The notes under the pieces: model-generated
Told to the model about the DNA's origin: nothing
Database searches by the model: none
The model's input: only the letters and a program-made list of their open reading frames with translations
Shown here: positions 47,932 through 57,474 of the stretch, piece by piece
How the letters are laid out: the number at the start of each line of letters is the position of its first letter
How positions within the stretch are numbered: position 1 is the first letter of the stretch
Translations under genes and position numbers: made by a program
Assembly: GCA_964423885.1 (NCBI GenBank)
Contig: CAYRGD010000001.1
Coordinates: 24,156 to 88,155 of the forward strand
Direction of reading: 5' to 3'
DNA length: 64,000 nt
Source: an uncultured Candidatus Saccharibacteria bacterium
GTDB lineage: Bacteria > Patescibacteriota > UBA1384 > JACPKC01

Positions 47932-50771
47932 GCGGTCTGAATCTCCCCCAGGAAGAAGAACGGGTCCTGGCTTTCTGGGAACGCGAACGGATCTTTGTGC
48001 GGTCGGTCGACGAACGGCCGGCGAGTAACCGCTACGTATTCTACGAAGGCCCGCCGACTGCCAACGGCAAGCCGGGCATCCACCACGTGCTAGGACGCAC
48101 GTTCAAGGACGCGATCCCGCGCTACAAGACGATGCGGGGCTACCGGGTCGAGCGTAAGGCCGGCTGGGACACGCACGGCCTACCGGTCGAGCTGCAGGTC
48201 GAAAAGCAGCTCGGCATCTCGGGCAAGCCGCAGATCGAGACGATCGTTCAGGGTGATGTCGCAGCAAGCATCGCCAAGTTCAACGCGCTCTGCCGCGAGT
48301 CGGTCTGGCAGTACAAAGACGAGTGGGAGCGGCTCACCAAGCGGATGGGGTTCTGGCTCGATATGGAGCACCCGTACGTCACGCTTGACACCGACTACAT
48401 CGAATCCGTCTGGTGGATCTTGAAGCAGGTCTGGGACAAGGATCTGCTCTACGAAGATTTCAAGATCGTGCCGTATTGCACCCGGTGCGGCACGGCGCTG
48501 TCGAGCCACGAGGTAGCGACCGGCTACGACGAGGTGACCGACCGCTCGGTCTACCTGAAATTCCCGGTCATCGGCAGGGAACGGACGTATCTGCTTGCCT
48601 GGACGACCACCCCCTGGACGTTGCCGGGCAACGTGGCGCTCGCGGTCAATCCCGACGTGACGTACAGTGTCTTCGAGCACCCGTCGGGCGAGCGGTATAT
48701 CCTGGCCGACGACCGTGAAGCGGCAGTGTTCGGCACGGCCGGCCACGCCAAGACACCGCTCACGTCCGACGAACTTTTGTCGATGCGCTACGAATCGCTG
48801 TTTACGGTACCGGCATTGGTTTCGGACGCCTCGTACAAGGTCTACCCGGCCGGATTTGTGACCACGGGCGACGGTACCGGCATTGTCCACACGGCCGTGA
48901 TGTACGGCGAGGACGACTTTGCGCTCGGCACCGCCGTCGGGCTGCCGAAGCACCACACCGTGGATCTCGACGGCAATTTCACTGCGGACGTGATCGGTTT
49001 CGCCGGCAAGAAAGCTAAGGACCCGGTGACCGAGGACGAGCTGTTGGCAGCACTGTCGGAGCGGGAGCTGGTCTTCAAAGAGGAGCCGTATACCCACACC
49101 TATCCGTTCTGCTGGCGCTGCGCGACGCCGCTGCTCTACTACGGCAAGCGGAGCTGGTTCATCCGCATGAGCGCGCTCCGCGACGAGCTCATCGCCCGGA
49201 ACGATACGGTCCGCTGGGTGCCTGACCACCTCAAGGACGGCCGGTTCGGCGAGTGGCTGCGCGAGGTCAAGGACTGGGCGATCTCGCGCGACCGCTACTG
49301 GGGCACGCCCTTGCCGGTCTGGCGCTGCCAGGACTGCGACGCCAAGCGATGCGTCGGCAGCATCGCCGAGCTCGCCGAGGCGGCCGGTGCGCCCGTACCA
49401 AGCGACCTGCACCGGCCCGGCATCGACGCGCTCACGATCCCGTGCCAGAGCTGCCCGGGCACGATGACGCGGTATCCCGAGGTGATCGACGTTTGGTTCG
49501 ATTCCGGTGCCATGCCGTTCGCCCAGCAGCACTACCCGTTCGAGCACGCCGACCGCATCGACGCGGGCCAGGATTTTCCGGCCGACTACATCGCCGAAGG
49601 CATCGACCAGACGCGCGGCTGGTTCTACACGTTGCTCGCCGTCGCCACCCTGCTCGACCGTCCCGCGCCATACAAGGCGGTGGTCTCCCTCGGGCTCGTG
49701 CTCGACAAGGCCGGCAAGAAGATGAGTAAGTCGAAAGGGAACATCGTCGACCCGTGGGCGGCGATCGACGAGTTCGGTATCGACCCGATCCGCTGGTACT
49801 TCTATTCGGTCAACCAGCCGGCCGATACCAAGCGCTTCGATCCGGCCGACATCGCGCAGGCGGTGCGGAAGGTCTTTCTGCCCGCGTGGAACATGACCGA
49901 GTTCCTGGCCCTGCACGATGCGAACGGCCGTGAGAACGATGCCGAACCCAGCGACGCGGCGGCCGCGCTCGACGCTTGGCTCGGTGAACGCCGGTCTCAA
50001 GTCATAGCGGATGTGACCCTGTCGCTCGACGCCTTCGATTTCTTCCACGCCACCCAGTCGATCCGCGACTACCTGACGGAGCTGTCCACGTGGTACGTCC
50101 GTCTGTCGCGCAAACGCGACGACGCGCAGTTCGCGGGAGAGCTCCGGACGTCACTCAAGACCGCGGCGCTGCTCCTGGCACCGTTCACCCCGTTCTTCGC
50201 CGAGTTGCTCTGGGAGCGCGTCCGCTCGGACACCGACCCGGTATCCGTCCATTTGGCAGCCTGGCCTGACAGCGGTCACGATCGTGACGGATCCTTGCTT
50301 GCGCCGATGGCGTCCGCCATGGCGTTGGTGGAGCGGGGGAGAGCGGTCCGGGCCAAACTCGGTATCGCCGTCCGCCAACCGCTCGCCTCGTTCACGTTCG
50401 TGGGAGAAGCCGACCTTGCGCCAGGTACCGCTGCCATCATTGCCCAGGAGCTCAACGTCAAGCAGGTGCTTCGTACCAACGCAGGCGACCCGTCGTTCGA
50501 CACCGTGATCACGCCCGAGCTCAAGGCCGAGGGCCTGGCGCGAGAGCTGACGCGTTCGATCCAGCAACTGCGCAAAGACGCTGGCCTGCAGCCCACCGAT
50601 CCGGCGGCAGTGACGATTGCCGGCCCAGCTGATGACCAGGACATGCTCAAGACGCATATCCCAGGTATCGAACAGACAACGGATACTGTAATCACGTTCG
50701 TGAATAGCGACGCGTTGCCCGACGACTCGGCAACGGCCGGCCCGTTCAGGCTGTCACTCACGCGGACATGA
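47928..50771 (+). CDS. ileS: Isoleucine--tRNA ligase (IleRS2 type)
   Basis: EGPPTANGKPGIHH, GWDTHGLP, WTTTPWTLP, DWAISRDRYWG, EGIDQTRGWF and KMSKS motifs. Confidence 0.97.
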   Translation: MSGLNLPQEEERVLAFWERERIFVRSVDERPASNRYVFYEGPPTANGKPGIHHVLGRTFKDAIPRYKTMRGYRVERKAGWDTHGLPVELQVEKQLGISGKPQIETIVQGDVAASIAKFNALCRESVWQYKDEWERLTKRMGFWLDMEHPYVTLDTDYIESVWWILKQVWDKDLLYEDFKIVPYCTRCGTALSSHEVATGYDEVTDRSVYLKFPVIGRERTYLLAWTTTPWTLPGNVALAVNPDVTYSVFEHPSGERYILADDREAAVFGTAGHAKTPLTSDELLSMRYESLFTVPALVSDASYKVYPAGFVTTGDGTGIVHTAVMYGEDDFALGTAVGLPKHHTVDLDGNFTADVIGFAGKKAKDPVTEDELLAALSERELVFKEEPYTHTYPFCWRCATPLLYYGKRSWFIRMSALRDELIARNDTVRWVPDHLKDGRFGEWLREVKDWAISRDRYWGTPLPVWRCQDCDAKRCVGSIAELAEAAGAPVPSDLHRPGIDALTIPCQSCPGTMTRYPEVIDVWFDSGAMPFAQQHYPFEHADRIDAGQDFPADYIAEGIDQTRGWFYTLLAVATLLDRPAPYKAVVSLGLVLDKAGKKMSKSKGNIVDPWAAIDEFGIDPIRWYFYSVNQPADTKRFDPADIAQAVRKVFLPAWNMTEFLALHDANGRENDAEPSDAAAALDAWLGERRSQVIADVTLSLDAFDFFHATQSIRDYLTELSTWYVRLSRKRDDAQFAGELRTSLKTAALLLAPFTPFFAELLWERVRSDTDPVSVHLAAWPDSGHDRDGSLLAPMASAMALVERGRAVRAKLGIAVRQPLASFTFVGEADLAPGTAAIIAQELNVKQVLRTNAGDPSFDTVITPELKAEGLARELTRSIQQLRKDAGLQPTDPAAVTIAGPADDQDMLKTHIPGIEQTTDTVITFVNSDALPDDSATAGPFRLSLTRT

Positions 50772-51865
50772 AACGGCTCGCTGCCGGCGGCCTCGACTGG
50801 TACCTGCTTCTTTGCAGCTTGCTCCTCACGGGCATCGGCGTGAGCGTCATTTATAGCATCGCCGTCACCCGCGGCGCGATGGGATTGGTATCCGGCCAGC
50901 TCGTGGCGCTCGGCGCGGGCATTGCGGCGGGTATCGTGGCGACCCTCTACGACTACCGCCGGCTCCGGCCGGTGCTTGTCCCGGCCTACCTCGTGTCGGT
51001 CGCGCTCCTGGTCGCGGTCCACTTTTTCGGCGACCAAGTGCTTGGTGCCCGCCGTTGGATCTCGTTCGGCTTCGTCCAGCTGCAGCCGTCCGAGCTCATG
51101 AAGCTGGCGCTGGTCGGCGTCGTCGGCCGGGTGCTGGCCGATGCCGCCCGGATCCGTCTGACGACACTGGCGGGTGTCGCGCTGCTGCTCGGCTTACCTA
51201 TGGGTGTCGTACTCCTGCAGCCTGACCTCGGCACTGCCGGCGTGCTGGCCGGTACGGTCGTTTTGACGCTCGCTGCCGCCCGCGTACCGCGCCGCTACTG
51301 GCTGACCCTGTTCGCCGTGCTCGCGGTCGCCGCGCCACTGCTTATCGCCAATCTTCGGCCGTACCAGCGAAGTCGGATCGAGACGTTCTTGGAACCGACG
51401 CGCGACCCGTACGGCGACGGCTACAACGTGCTCCAGTCGCTCATCGCGGTCGGCAACGGCGGCATGTTCGGGCAGGGGATCGGCCACGGCACCCAGAGCC
51501 AACTTGAGTTCCTGCCGGTCGCGCACACCGACTTCATCTTCGCCGGCATCGCCGAGGCAACCGGTTTCGCGGGTTCGGCGCTGGTCATCCTGCTGCTGGC
51601 CTCGCTGTCGATCCGGGCATTCCTCATCGGCCGGCGGTCGCCTGACCGGTTCGGCACGTTCGTAGCGGTCGGGATCGGCTCGCTTTGGCTCGTGGAGTTC
51701 GGCGTCAACGTCGCCATGAACATCGGCCTGGCGCCGGTCACCGGCATCCCGTTGCCGTTCGTCTCGCACGGCGGGAGCGCATTGGTCGTCAACTGCATGG
51801 CCCTGGGGCTGCTGCAAAGCATCGCGCTCCGCACCCACGCCCGGTCGCTCCGGCGCGCCGATTGA
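50768..51865 (+). CDS. rodA: Rod shape-determining SEDS protein RodA
   Basis: GARRWI..QPSE, QPDLGTA, YQRSRI, GTQSQLEFLPVAHTDFIF and PVTGIPLPFVSHGGS motifs. Confidence 0.92.
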   Translation: MKRLAAGGLDWYLLLCSLLLTGIGVSVIYSIAVTRGAMGLVSGQLVALGAGIAAGIVATLYDYRRLRPVLVPAYLVSVALLVAVHFFGDQVLGARRWISFGFVQLQPSELMKLALVGVVGRVLADAARIRLTTLAGVALLLGLPMGVVLLQPDLGTAGVLAGTVVLTLAAARVPRRYWLTLFAVLAVAAPLLIANLRPYQRSRIETFLEPTRDPYGDGYNVLQSLIAVGNGGMFGQGIGHGTQSQLEFLPVAHTDFIFAGIAEATGFAGSALVILLLASLSIRAFLIGRRSPDRFGTFVAVGIGSLWLVEFGVNVAMNIGLAPVTGIPLPFVSHGGSALVVNCMALGLLQSIALRTHARSLRRAD

Positions 51866-51921
51866 CAGGACTGGCAGGATCCGATATGGTGCCGAAAACG
51901 CTTCAGGCGGAGGATTTTCCT

Positions 51922-52203
51922 ATGGACGCGACAACGCATGCAGTGATCGAAACCGGCGGCAAACAGTACCTTGTCCAAGCAGGGGACGTGATCCGTGTCG
52001 AAAAACTTGTCCAAGAGGACAACGCCACGCTCACGTTCCGCAACCTCTTGACCGGCACCGACTCGGTGACGGCGACCGTGGTCAAGCAGACGCGGGCGCC
52101 CAAGGTGACCGGCCGGCTCTTCAAGAACAAAGTCCGATCCCGCCGCTACCCGCACGGCCACCGGCAGCACCAGACCGAACTCAAGATCGACGCTGTCAAA
52201 TGA
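51922..52203 (+). CDS. rplU: 50S ribosomal protein L21
   Basis: AVIETGGKQYLV...EKL and GHRQ..T.LKI; GGAGG RBS. Confidence 0.93.
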   Translation: MDATTHAVIETGGKQYLVQAGDVIRVEKLVQEDNATLTFRNLLTGTDSVTATVVKQTRAPKVTGRLFKNKVRSRRYPHGHRQHQTELKIDAVK

Positions 52204-52388
52204 GCGCGTTCGGCAATTACCTTCGCGAAAGCCGCGACGAGCTCCGCAAGATCAAGTGGCCGAGCCGGGAACTCACGTTCCAGTACTCGGCGATCGTGAT
52301 TCTTTCGGTGACGATTGCTACGATAGTGTTCGGCGTCATTGATTTCGGCCTGTCGCGCCTCTTCACCCAACTGTTCATCCAAGGATAA
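52200..52388 (+). CDS. secE: Preprotein translocase subunit SecE
   Basis: ELRKIKWPSRE plus a single TM; directly upstream of nusG. Confidence 0.93.
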   Translation: MSAFGNYLRESRDELRKIKWPSRELTFQYSAIVILSVTIATIVFGVIDFGLSRLFTQLFIQG

Positions 52389-52392
52389 TCCC

Positions 52393-53064
52393 ATGGCCAA
52401 CACCGACGACCTTCAGCATCTGGAAGAACTGCCCGCCGACGACGGCGACAAGAAGCTCTTGGGCGCCATGCCGCAGAGCGACGAGCCCGCCGCCGAGGCC
52501 AAGCCCGCCGTCCGGTCGCTGCTCGGCCAGAAGCAGGCCGGCGAGCGCGGCTGGTACGTGATCCATACATACACAGGGTTTGAAGACCAAGTGGCCGAAA
52601 CCCTGAAGCAGCGGATCGAGTCGCTGGGCTTAAGCGACCGTGTCTTTACGGTCATCGTCCCGACCGAAAAGCAGATCGAAATCAAGAACGGCCGCCGCCG
52701 CACCGTCGAACGGAAGATTTTCCCGGGGTACGTCCTGGTCGAGATGATCGTGACCGACGAGTCGTGGTACGTCGTCAGGAATACGCCGAACGTGACCGGT
52801 TTCATCGGCCTGGGCGTGCGCCCGACCCCGATCCCGCTCGACGAGGTCGAACGGATCAAGAAGCGGATGGGCATGGACGAGCCGCGGTACCACATCGACT
52901 TCCGCGTCAACGACCTGGTGTCGATCAGCGACGGTCCGCTCAAGGGTTTCCAGGCGACGGTCAGCGAGCTCGACGAAGAGCGGGGCAAGGTCAAGGTCCT
53001 GGTTAACATGTTCGGCCGCGAAACCCCGGCCACGCTTGATTTCCTCCAGGTAAAGAAGGTATAA
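52393..53064 (+). CDS. nusG: Transcription factor NusG with an acidic N-terminal extension
   Basis: WYVIHTYTGFE, FPGYVLVEM, TPNVTGF, KOW domain and FGRETP. Confidence 0.96.
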   Translation: MANTDDLQHLEELPADDGDKKLLGAMPQSDEPAAEAKPAVRSLLGQKQAGERGWYVIHTYTGFEDQVAETLKQRIESLGLSDRVFTVIVPTEKQIEIKNGRRRTVERKIFPGYVLVEMIVTDESWYVVRNTPNVTGFIGLGVRPTPIPLDEVERIKKRMGMDEPRYHIDFRVNDLVSISDGPLKGFQATVSELDEERGKVKVLVNMFGRETPATLDFLQVKKV

Positions 53065-53073
53065 GGAACCCCT

Positions 53074-53499
53074 ATGGCAAAAGCAGTCAAAACGATTCTG
53101 ACGTTGCAGGTCGCGGCCGGCAAAGCCAATCCGGCGCCGCCGATCGGTACCGTGCTCGGGCCGCACGGCATCAACATCATGGATTTCTGCAACCAGTTCA
53201 ACGAACAGACCCGGCAGCTGGGCGACACGATCATCCCGGCCAAGATTACGATCTACGAAGACCGGACGTTCGACTTTATCCTGAAGCAACCGCCGGCAGC
53301 CGTACTGCTGCGCAAGGCGGCCAACGTCCAGAAGGGCGCCGGCGCGGTCGGCAAGGAAACCGTCGGTACGGTGACGCGGGCGAAACTCCGCGAGCTGGCC
53401 GAACAGAAGATGGTCGACATGAACGCCAACGACGTCGAGGCGGCCATGAAGAGCCTCGAAGGCACCGCCCGTTCGATGGGCATCCAGATCGAAGGCTAG
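53074..53499 (+). CDS. rplK: 50S ribosomal protein L11
   Basis: AGKANPAPPIG..LG and GTARSMG motifs. Confidence 0.97.
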   Translation: MAKAVKTILTLQVAAGKANPAPPIGTVLGPHGINIMDFCNQFNEQTRQLGDTIIPAKITIYEDRTFDFILKQPPAAVLLRKAANVQKGAGAVGKETVGTVTRAKLRELAEQKMVDMNANDVEAAMKSLEGTARSMGIQIEG

Positions 53500-53504
53500 C
53501 GGCT

Positions 53505-54617
53505 ATGACGGCAGGGGAGGGGACGACGCTCGCGGTATCCAGCCGCGAGCGTTTGTTGTGGGCGGCGCTCGCGAGCGACCTTCGGTTCGGGCCCAAGAGC
53601 TTCCAGCTGTTGCTCGCCCGCGTGCCTGATATCGCCACGGCCTGGGATACGCCGGCACGCGCCGTGGGGGAGTGGGGATTGCCGCGCGAGGCGGCCGAGC
53701 GGTTCCTGGCTGCCCGCCAGGCAGCGGACCTCGATGCGCTTGAAGCAGCGTTCGACCGGCACCAGGTCCGTGTCCTGACGCTCATGGATCCCGGCTATCC
53801 GTCCTTGCTCCGTGAGATCGCGGTACCGCCGGCCGTGCTCTTTCTGCGTGGCGAGCTTGCCGACCGCCCGGCCTTAGCCGTGGTCGGCACCCGGTCGATG
53901 ACGCCGTACGGCGCCCGCGTGGTCGGCGATATCGTGCCGGAGCTTGCCCGCCAGGGGATCGCGGTCGTGTCCGGGTTGGCGCTGGGCGTCGACGGCGCTG
54001 CCCATCGCGCCGCGCTGGAAGGTAACGGCGTTACCTGGGCGGTCCTTGCCTCGGGTGTCGACCGGCCGTACCCAATGACACACCGCGGCCTGGCCGAGCA
54101 GATCCTGGAACGCGGCGGTGCGCTCGTGAGCGAGTTCCCGCTGGGTACAGGTGCGCTCAAGCACCACTTTCCGATCCGCAACCGGATTATCGCGGGCCTT
54201 GCCCGGGCGACGCTCGTCATCGAAGCCTCGGACCGATCGGGCACCCTGCTCACCGCCCGCTCGGCGCTCGAAGCGAACCGCGACGTACTTGCGGTACCCG
54301 GCTCGATCTACTCGCCGCACTCGCGTGGGCCGCACGCCCTGCTCGGCCTCGGCGCCAAGCTTGTCCAGTCGGCCGCGGACGTGCTTGCCGAGCTCGACCT
54401 TGCTGACGCGGCCCAGGAACAGCAGGCCAAGGCTGTGTTACCCGATTCGGCCGAGGAGGCGGCGGTGCTGGCTGTGCTTGGGTCCGAGCCGCTGCCGCTC
54501 GACGACCTCACGGAAGCGGCAGGGCTCGATGCGGCCACGGTCCTGTCGACGCTCACGCTTATGGAGCTCAAGGGCCGCGTCCGGAATCTAGGTAACAACG
54601 CCTTCGTCCGCCGCTGA
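53505..54617 (+). CDS. dprA: DNA-processing protein DprA
   Basis: AVVGTR, VSGLALGVD, FPIRNRIIAG, VPGSI and a C-terminal winged helix. Confidence 0.96.
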   Translation: MTAGEGTTLAVSSRERLLWAALASDLRFGPKSFQLLLARVPDIATAWDTPARAVGEWGLPREAAERFLAARQAADLDALEAAFDRHQVRVLTLMDPGYPSLLREIAVPPAVLFLRGELADRPALAVVGTRSMTPYGARVVGDIVPELARQGIAVVSGLALGVDGAAHRAALEGNGVTWAVLASGVDRPYPMTHRGLAEQILERGGALVSEFPLGTGALKHHFPIRNRIIAGLARATLVIEASDRSGTLLTARSALEANRDVLAVPGSIYSPHSRGPHALLGLGAKLVQSAADVLAELDLADAAQEQQAKAVLPDSAEEAAVLAVLGSEPLPLDDLTEAAGLDAATVLSTLTLMELKGRVRNLGNNAFVRR

Positions 54618-54662
54618 CGGTAGACGCCCGCTGCGCGGATCGTTACACTCTGGTCTACTTCT

Positions 54663-56687
54663 ATGGCACACGCGCACCATCTCGTTATCGTCGAGTCGCC
54701 CGCCAAGGGCAAAACCATCGAGAAATACCTGGGCAAGGGCTACCGGGTGCTTGCCTCGTACGGCCATGTCCGTGACCTGCCCAAGGGCAAGCTCGGGGTC
54801 GACGTCGAGCACGGCTTCGAGCCGACCTACGTGGTGCCGACCAAGGCGAAGAAAGCCGTCGCCGCGCTCAAGAAAGCGGCCGCCGACGCCGACGAAATCT
54901 TCCTGGCCACGGACTACGACCGCGAAGGCGAGGCGATCGCCTGGCATGTGATCCAGGCGTTAGGTCTCGAGAGCGGCAAAAAGCACAAGCCGCTCCACCG
55001 CATCACGTTCCATGAAATCACCAAGTCGGCGATCGAACAGGCGGTGTCGCACCCGCGTGCGCTCGACATGGACCTGGTGAACGCCCAGCAGGCCCGCCGC
55101 ATCCTCGACCGGTTGGTCGGTTATACCTTGAGCCCGTTCCTCTGGAAGAAGGTCATGAAGGGGTTGTCGGCCGGGCGTGTCCAGTCGGTGGCGGTGCGTC
55201 TCATCGTCGACCGCGAACGTGAGATCACGGCGTTCAAACCCCAGGAATACTGGTCGGTCGAGGCGCTGCTTGATACCGCCGACAAGGAACAAATCACGGC
55301 GAGTCTCGTATCCTGGCAGGGCGAGAAGATCGAGAAGCTCACGATCGGGACGAAAGACCGGGCCGACGCCCTAGCCGCATCTCTCAAGGCCGCTACGTAC
55401 GCCGTCGCCTCGGTCGAATCCAAGGAAACCCAGAAGCGGCCGTCGGCTCCGTTCACGACCTCGACGCTCCAACAGCAGGCGGCCCACCGGCTCTACTTCT
55501 CGGCCAAGCAGACCATGAAACTTGCCCAAGACCTGTACGAAGCCGGGCATATCACCTATATGCGGACCGACTCGACCAACCTGGCCGCCGAGGCTGTCGA
55601 CGCGGCGCGCGCCTTCATCGGCCGCGAGTACGGCGCCGACTACGTCCCGGGCACGGCCGCCGCCTATAAGACCAAGGCCAAGGGCGCCCAAGAGGCGCAC
55701 GAGGCGATCCGTCCGACCGACGTCGCCGCCATGCCGGGCGTGCTCGCGCTCGAATCCGACCGCCACGCCAAGCTCTACGAACTCATTTGGCAGCGGATGA
55801 TCGCCTGCCAGATGGCACCGGCGAAGCTGAAGGCCGAGACGATCCTTGTCGACGCGACGGCCGGCGAAGCATCCGGCCACTTGAAGGCGACCGGCAACGT
55901 CGTGGTGTTCGACGGCTACCTCAAGGTCTGGCCGAGCGAGCGCGAGGACGTGCTCCTGCCTGCCCTGGCTGCCAAGGATCCGCTCACGCTCAATGAGCTC
56001 CTGGCCGACCAGCACTTTACCGAACCGCCGGCCCGCTATTCGGAAGCCACGCTCGTGAAAGCGCTTGAAGAGCACGGGATCGGCCGCCCGAGCACGTACG
56101 CGCCGACCCTGTCCACGATCCAAGACCGCAACTACGTCGAGCTCGTCGACCGGCGGTTCCACCCGACCGAGGTCGGGACGGTGGTCGTCGACATGCTGTC
56201 GAAGCACTTCCCGCAGATCGTCGACCTCAACTTCACCGCCAGGATGGAAGAAAACCTCGACGACGTGGCCGAGGGCAAGGAAACTTGGACGAAAGAGCTC
56301 ACGGATTTCTTCGGCCCGTTCGAGCGGCAGGTCAAGGAAAAGACCGAGGAAGTCGCCAAGCTCGACATGACCGAGGACGCCGGCAAAGCCTGCCCCAAGT
56401 GCGGCAAGCCGATGGTGATCCGCCACGGCCGGTTCGGCAAGTTCATTGCCTGTACCGGGTTCCCGGACTGCAAACACACCGAGCCGTTGGTAGTCTCGAC
56501 CGGCGTCACCTGCCCGGAATGCGGCAAGGGGGACGTGATCGAGCGCAAGACCCGCCGCGGCAAGACGTTCTGGGGCTGCAACCGCTATCCGGACTGCAAG
56601 TACGCCACCTGGGACGACCCGCTGAAACCGAAGAAGGAGACCGCCGCGGATGAACCACCTGCCCAAGTCGATCCAGCGGGCAATTGA
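54663..56687 (+). CDS. topA: DNA topoisomerase I
   Basis: IVESPAK, ATDYDREGE, SAGRVQ, ITYMRTD and two C4 zinc ribbons. Confidence 0.97.
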   Translation: MAHAHHLVIVESPAKGKTIEKYLGKGYRVLASYGHVRDLPKGKLGVDVEHGFEPTYVVPTKAKKAVAALKKAAADADEIFLATDYDREGEAIAWHVIQALGLESGKKHKPLHRITFHEITKSAIEQAVSHPRALDMDLVNAQQARRILDRLVGYTLSPFLWKKVMKGLSAGRVQSVAVRLIVDREREITAFKPQEYWSVEALLDTADKEQITASLVSWQGEKIEKLTIGTKDRADALAASLKAATYAVASVESKETQKRPSAPFTTSTLQQQAAHRLYFSAKQTMKLAQDLYEAGHITYMRTDSTNLAAEAVDAARAFIGREYGADYVPGTAAAYKTKAKGAQEAHEAIRPTDVAAMPGVLALESDRHAKLYELIWQRMIACQMAPAKLKAETILVDATAGEASGHLKATGNVVVFDGYLKVWPSEREDVLLPALAAKDPLTLNELLADQHFTEPPARYSEATLVKALEEHGIGRPSTYAPTLSTIQDRNYVELVDRRFHPTEVGTVVVDMLSKHFPQIVDLNFTARMEENLDDVAEGKETWTKELTDFFGPFERQVKEKTEEVAKLDMTEDAGKACPKCGKPMVIRHGRFGKFIACTGFPDCKHTEPLVVSTGVTCPECGKGDVIERKTRRGKTFWGCNRYPDCKYATWDDPLKPKKETAADEPPAQVDPAGN

Positions 56688-57273
56688 CGAATTTTCGAAA
56701 CTGCCCGGCGTCGGTGGCAAGACCGCCGGCCGCTTGGTGTTCCACTTGATCCGCCAGTCCTCGACGCTGTCCGACTCGCTCGGGAACGCGCTCATCGACC
56801 TTAAGCGCACCCTGGTGTTCTGCGAGGACTGCTTCAACATCGCCGAGCAGACGCCCTGCGTCATCTGCGCCGATCCGGCCCGCGATGCGTCGGTACTCTG
56901 TGTCGTCGAGCAGCCGCTCGATACCGTGGCCGTCGAGAAGACCGGGTTCCGGGGCAAGTACCACGTGCTGGGCGGCGCGATTTCGCCGATCGACGGCATC
57001 GGTCCGAACGAACTCACGATCCAGGCGCTCATCGACCGCGTGAATGCCCGGGCCGAGATCGCAGAACTGATCCTTGCGACCAACCCGTCGCTCGAAGGCG
57101 AGGCGACCGCGCTCTATATCCGTAAACTCTTGGGCGAACAGGCGGCCGGCCGGAAGCTCGCGGTCACGCGGATCGCGCACGGCTTGCCAGTGGGCGGCGA
57201 TCTAGAGTACGCTGACGCCGTTACGCTGACGCGCGCGCTCGAAGGCCGCCGTGACCTTACGGCAACCAACTAG
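56650..57273 (+). CDS. recR: Recombination protein RecR
   Basis: LPGVGGKTA, C4 zinc finger, CVVE, YHVLGG, EGEATA and GGDLEYAD motifs. Confidence 0.96.
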   Translation: MNHLPKSIQRAIDEFSKLPGVGGKTAGRLVFHLIRQSSTLSDSLGNALIDLKRTLVFCEDCFNIAEQTPCVICADPARDASVLCVVEQPLDTVAVEKTGFRGKYHVLGGAISPIDGIGPNELTIQALIDRVNARAEIAELILATNPSLEGEATALYIRKLLGEQAAGRKLAVTRIAHGLPVGGDLEYADAVTLTRALEGRRDLTATN

Positions 57274-57303
57274 GCAGCAACGGACAAAAGGGGAGGGAGG
57301 GGC

Positions 57304-57465
57304 ATGGCGACGTACTACTGCGTGGAGTGCAACCATGAGGGCGAGGAGAAGCGGTGCGAGATGTGCGGCGAGCCCGGGGAGCCGCTCTAAGTGAAAGACG
57401 ACCCGCTGTTCGGGGCCCGGCCCGGCCAGTACAGCTACCAGTTCGAGGGCGAGGACGACCTGTGA
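57304..57465 (+). CDS. Unannotated small zinc-finger protein: 28 aa to TAA 57390, or 53 aa if the in-frame TAA is read through or erroneous
   Basis: Strong GGAGGGAGG RBS; MATYYCVECNHEGEEKRCEMCGEPGEPL*VKDDPLFGARPGQYSYQFEGEDDL*; two CxxC motifs; fills the recR-cysS gap. Confidence 0.7.
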
Positions 57466-57474
57466 CCCACCTGT

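Noticed and set aside
28004-52199. Possible integrative island or prophage at tRNA-Trp
   Set aside because: No integrase, phage gene or att duplication was seen, and the interval contains core genes (ileS, rodA, rplU).
57388-57390. Genome-wide stop-codon reassignment
   Set aside because: TAA, TAG and TGA all terminate well-conserved genes at the expected positions elsewhere in the window, and no suppressor tRNA is present.
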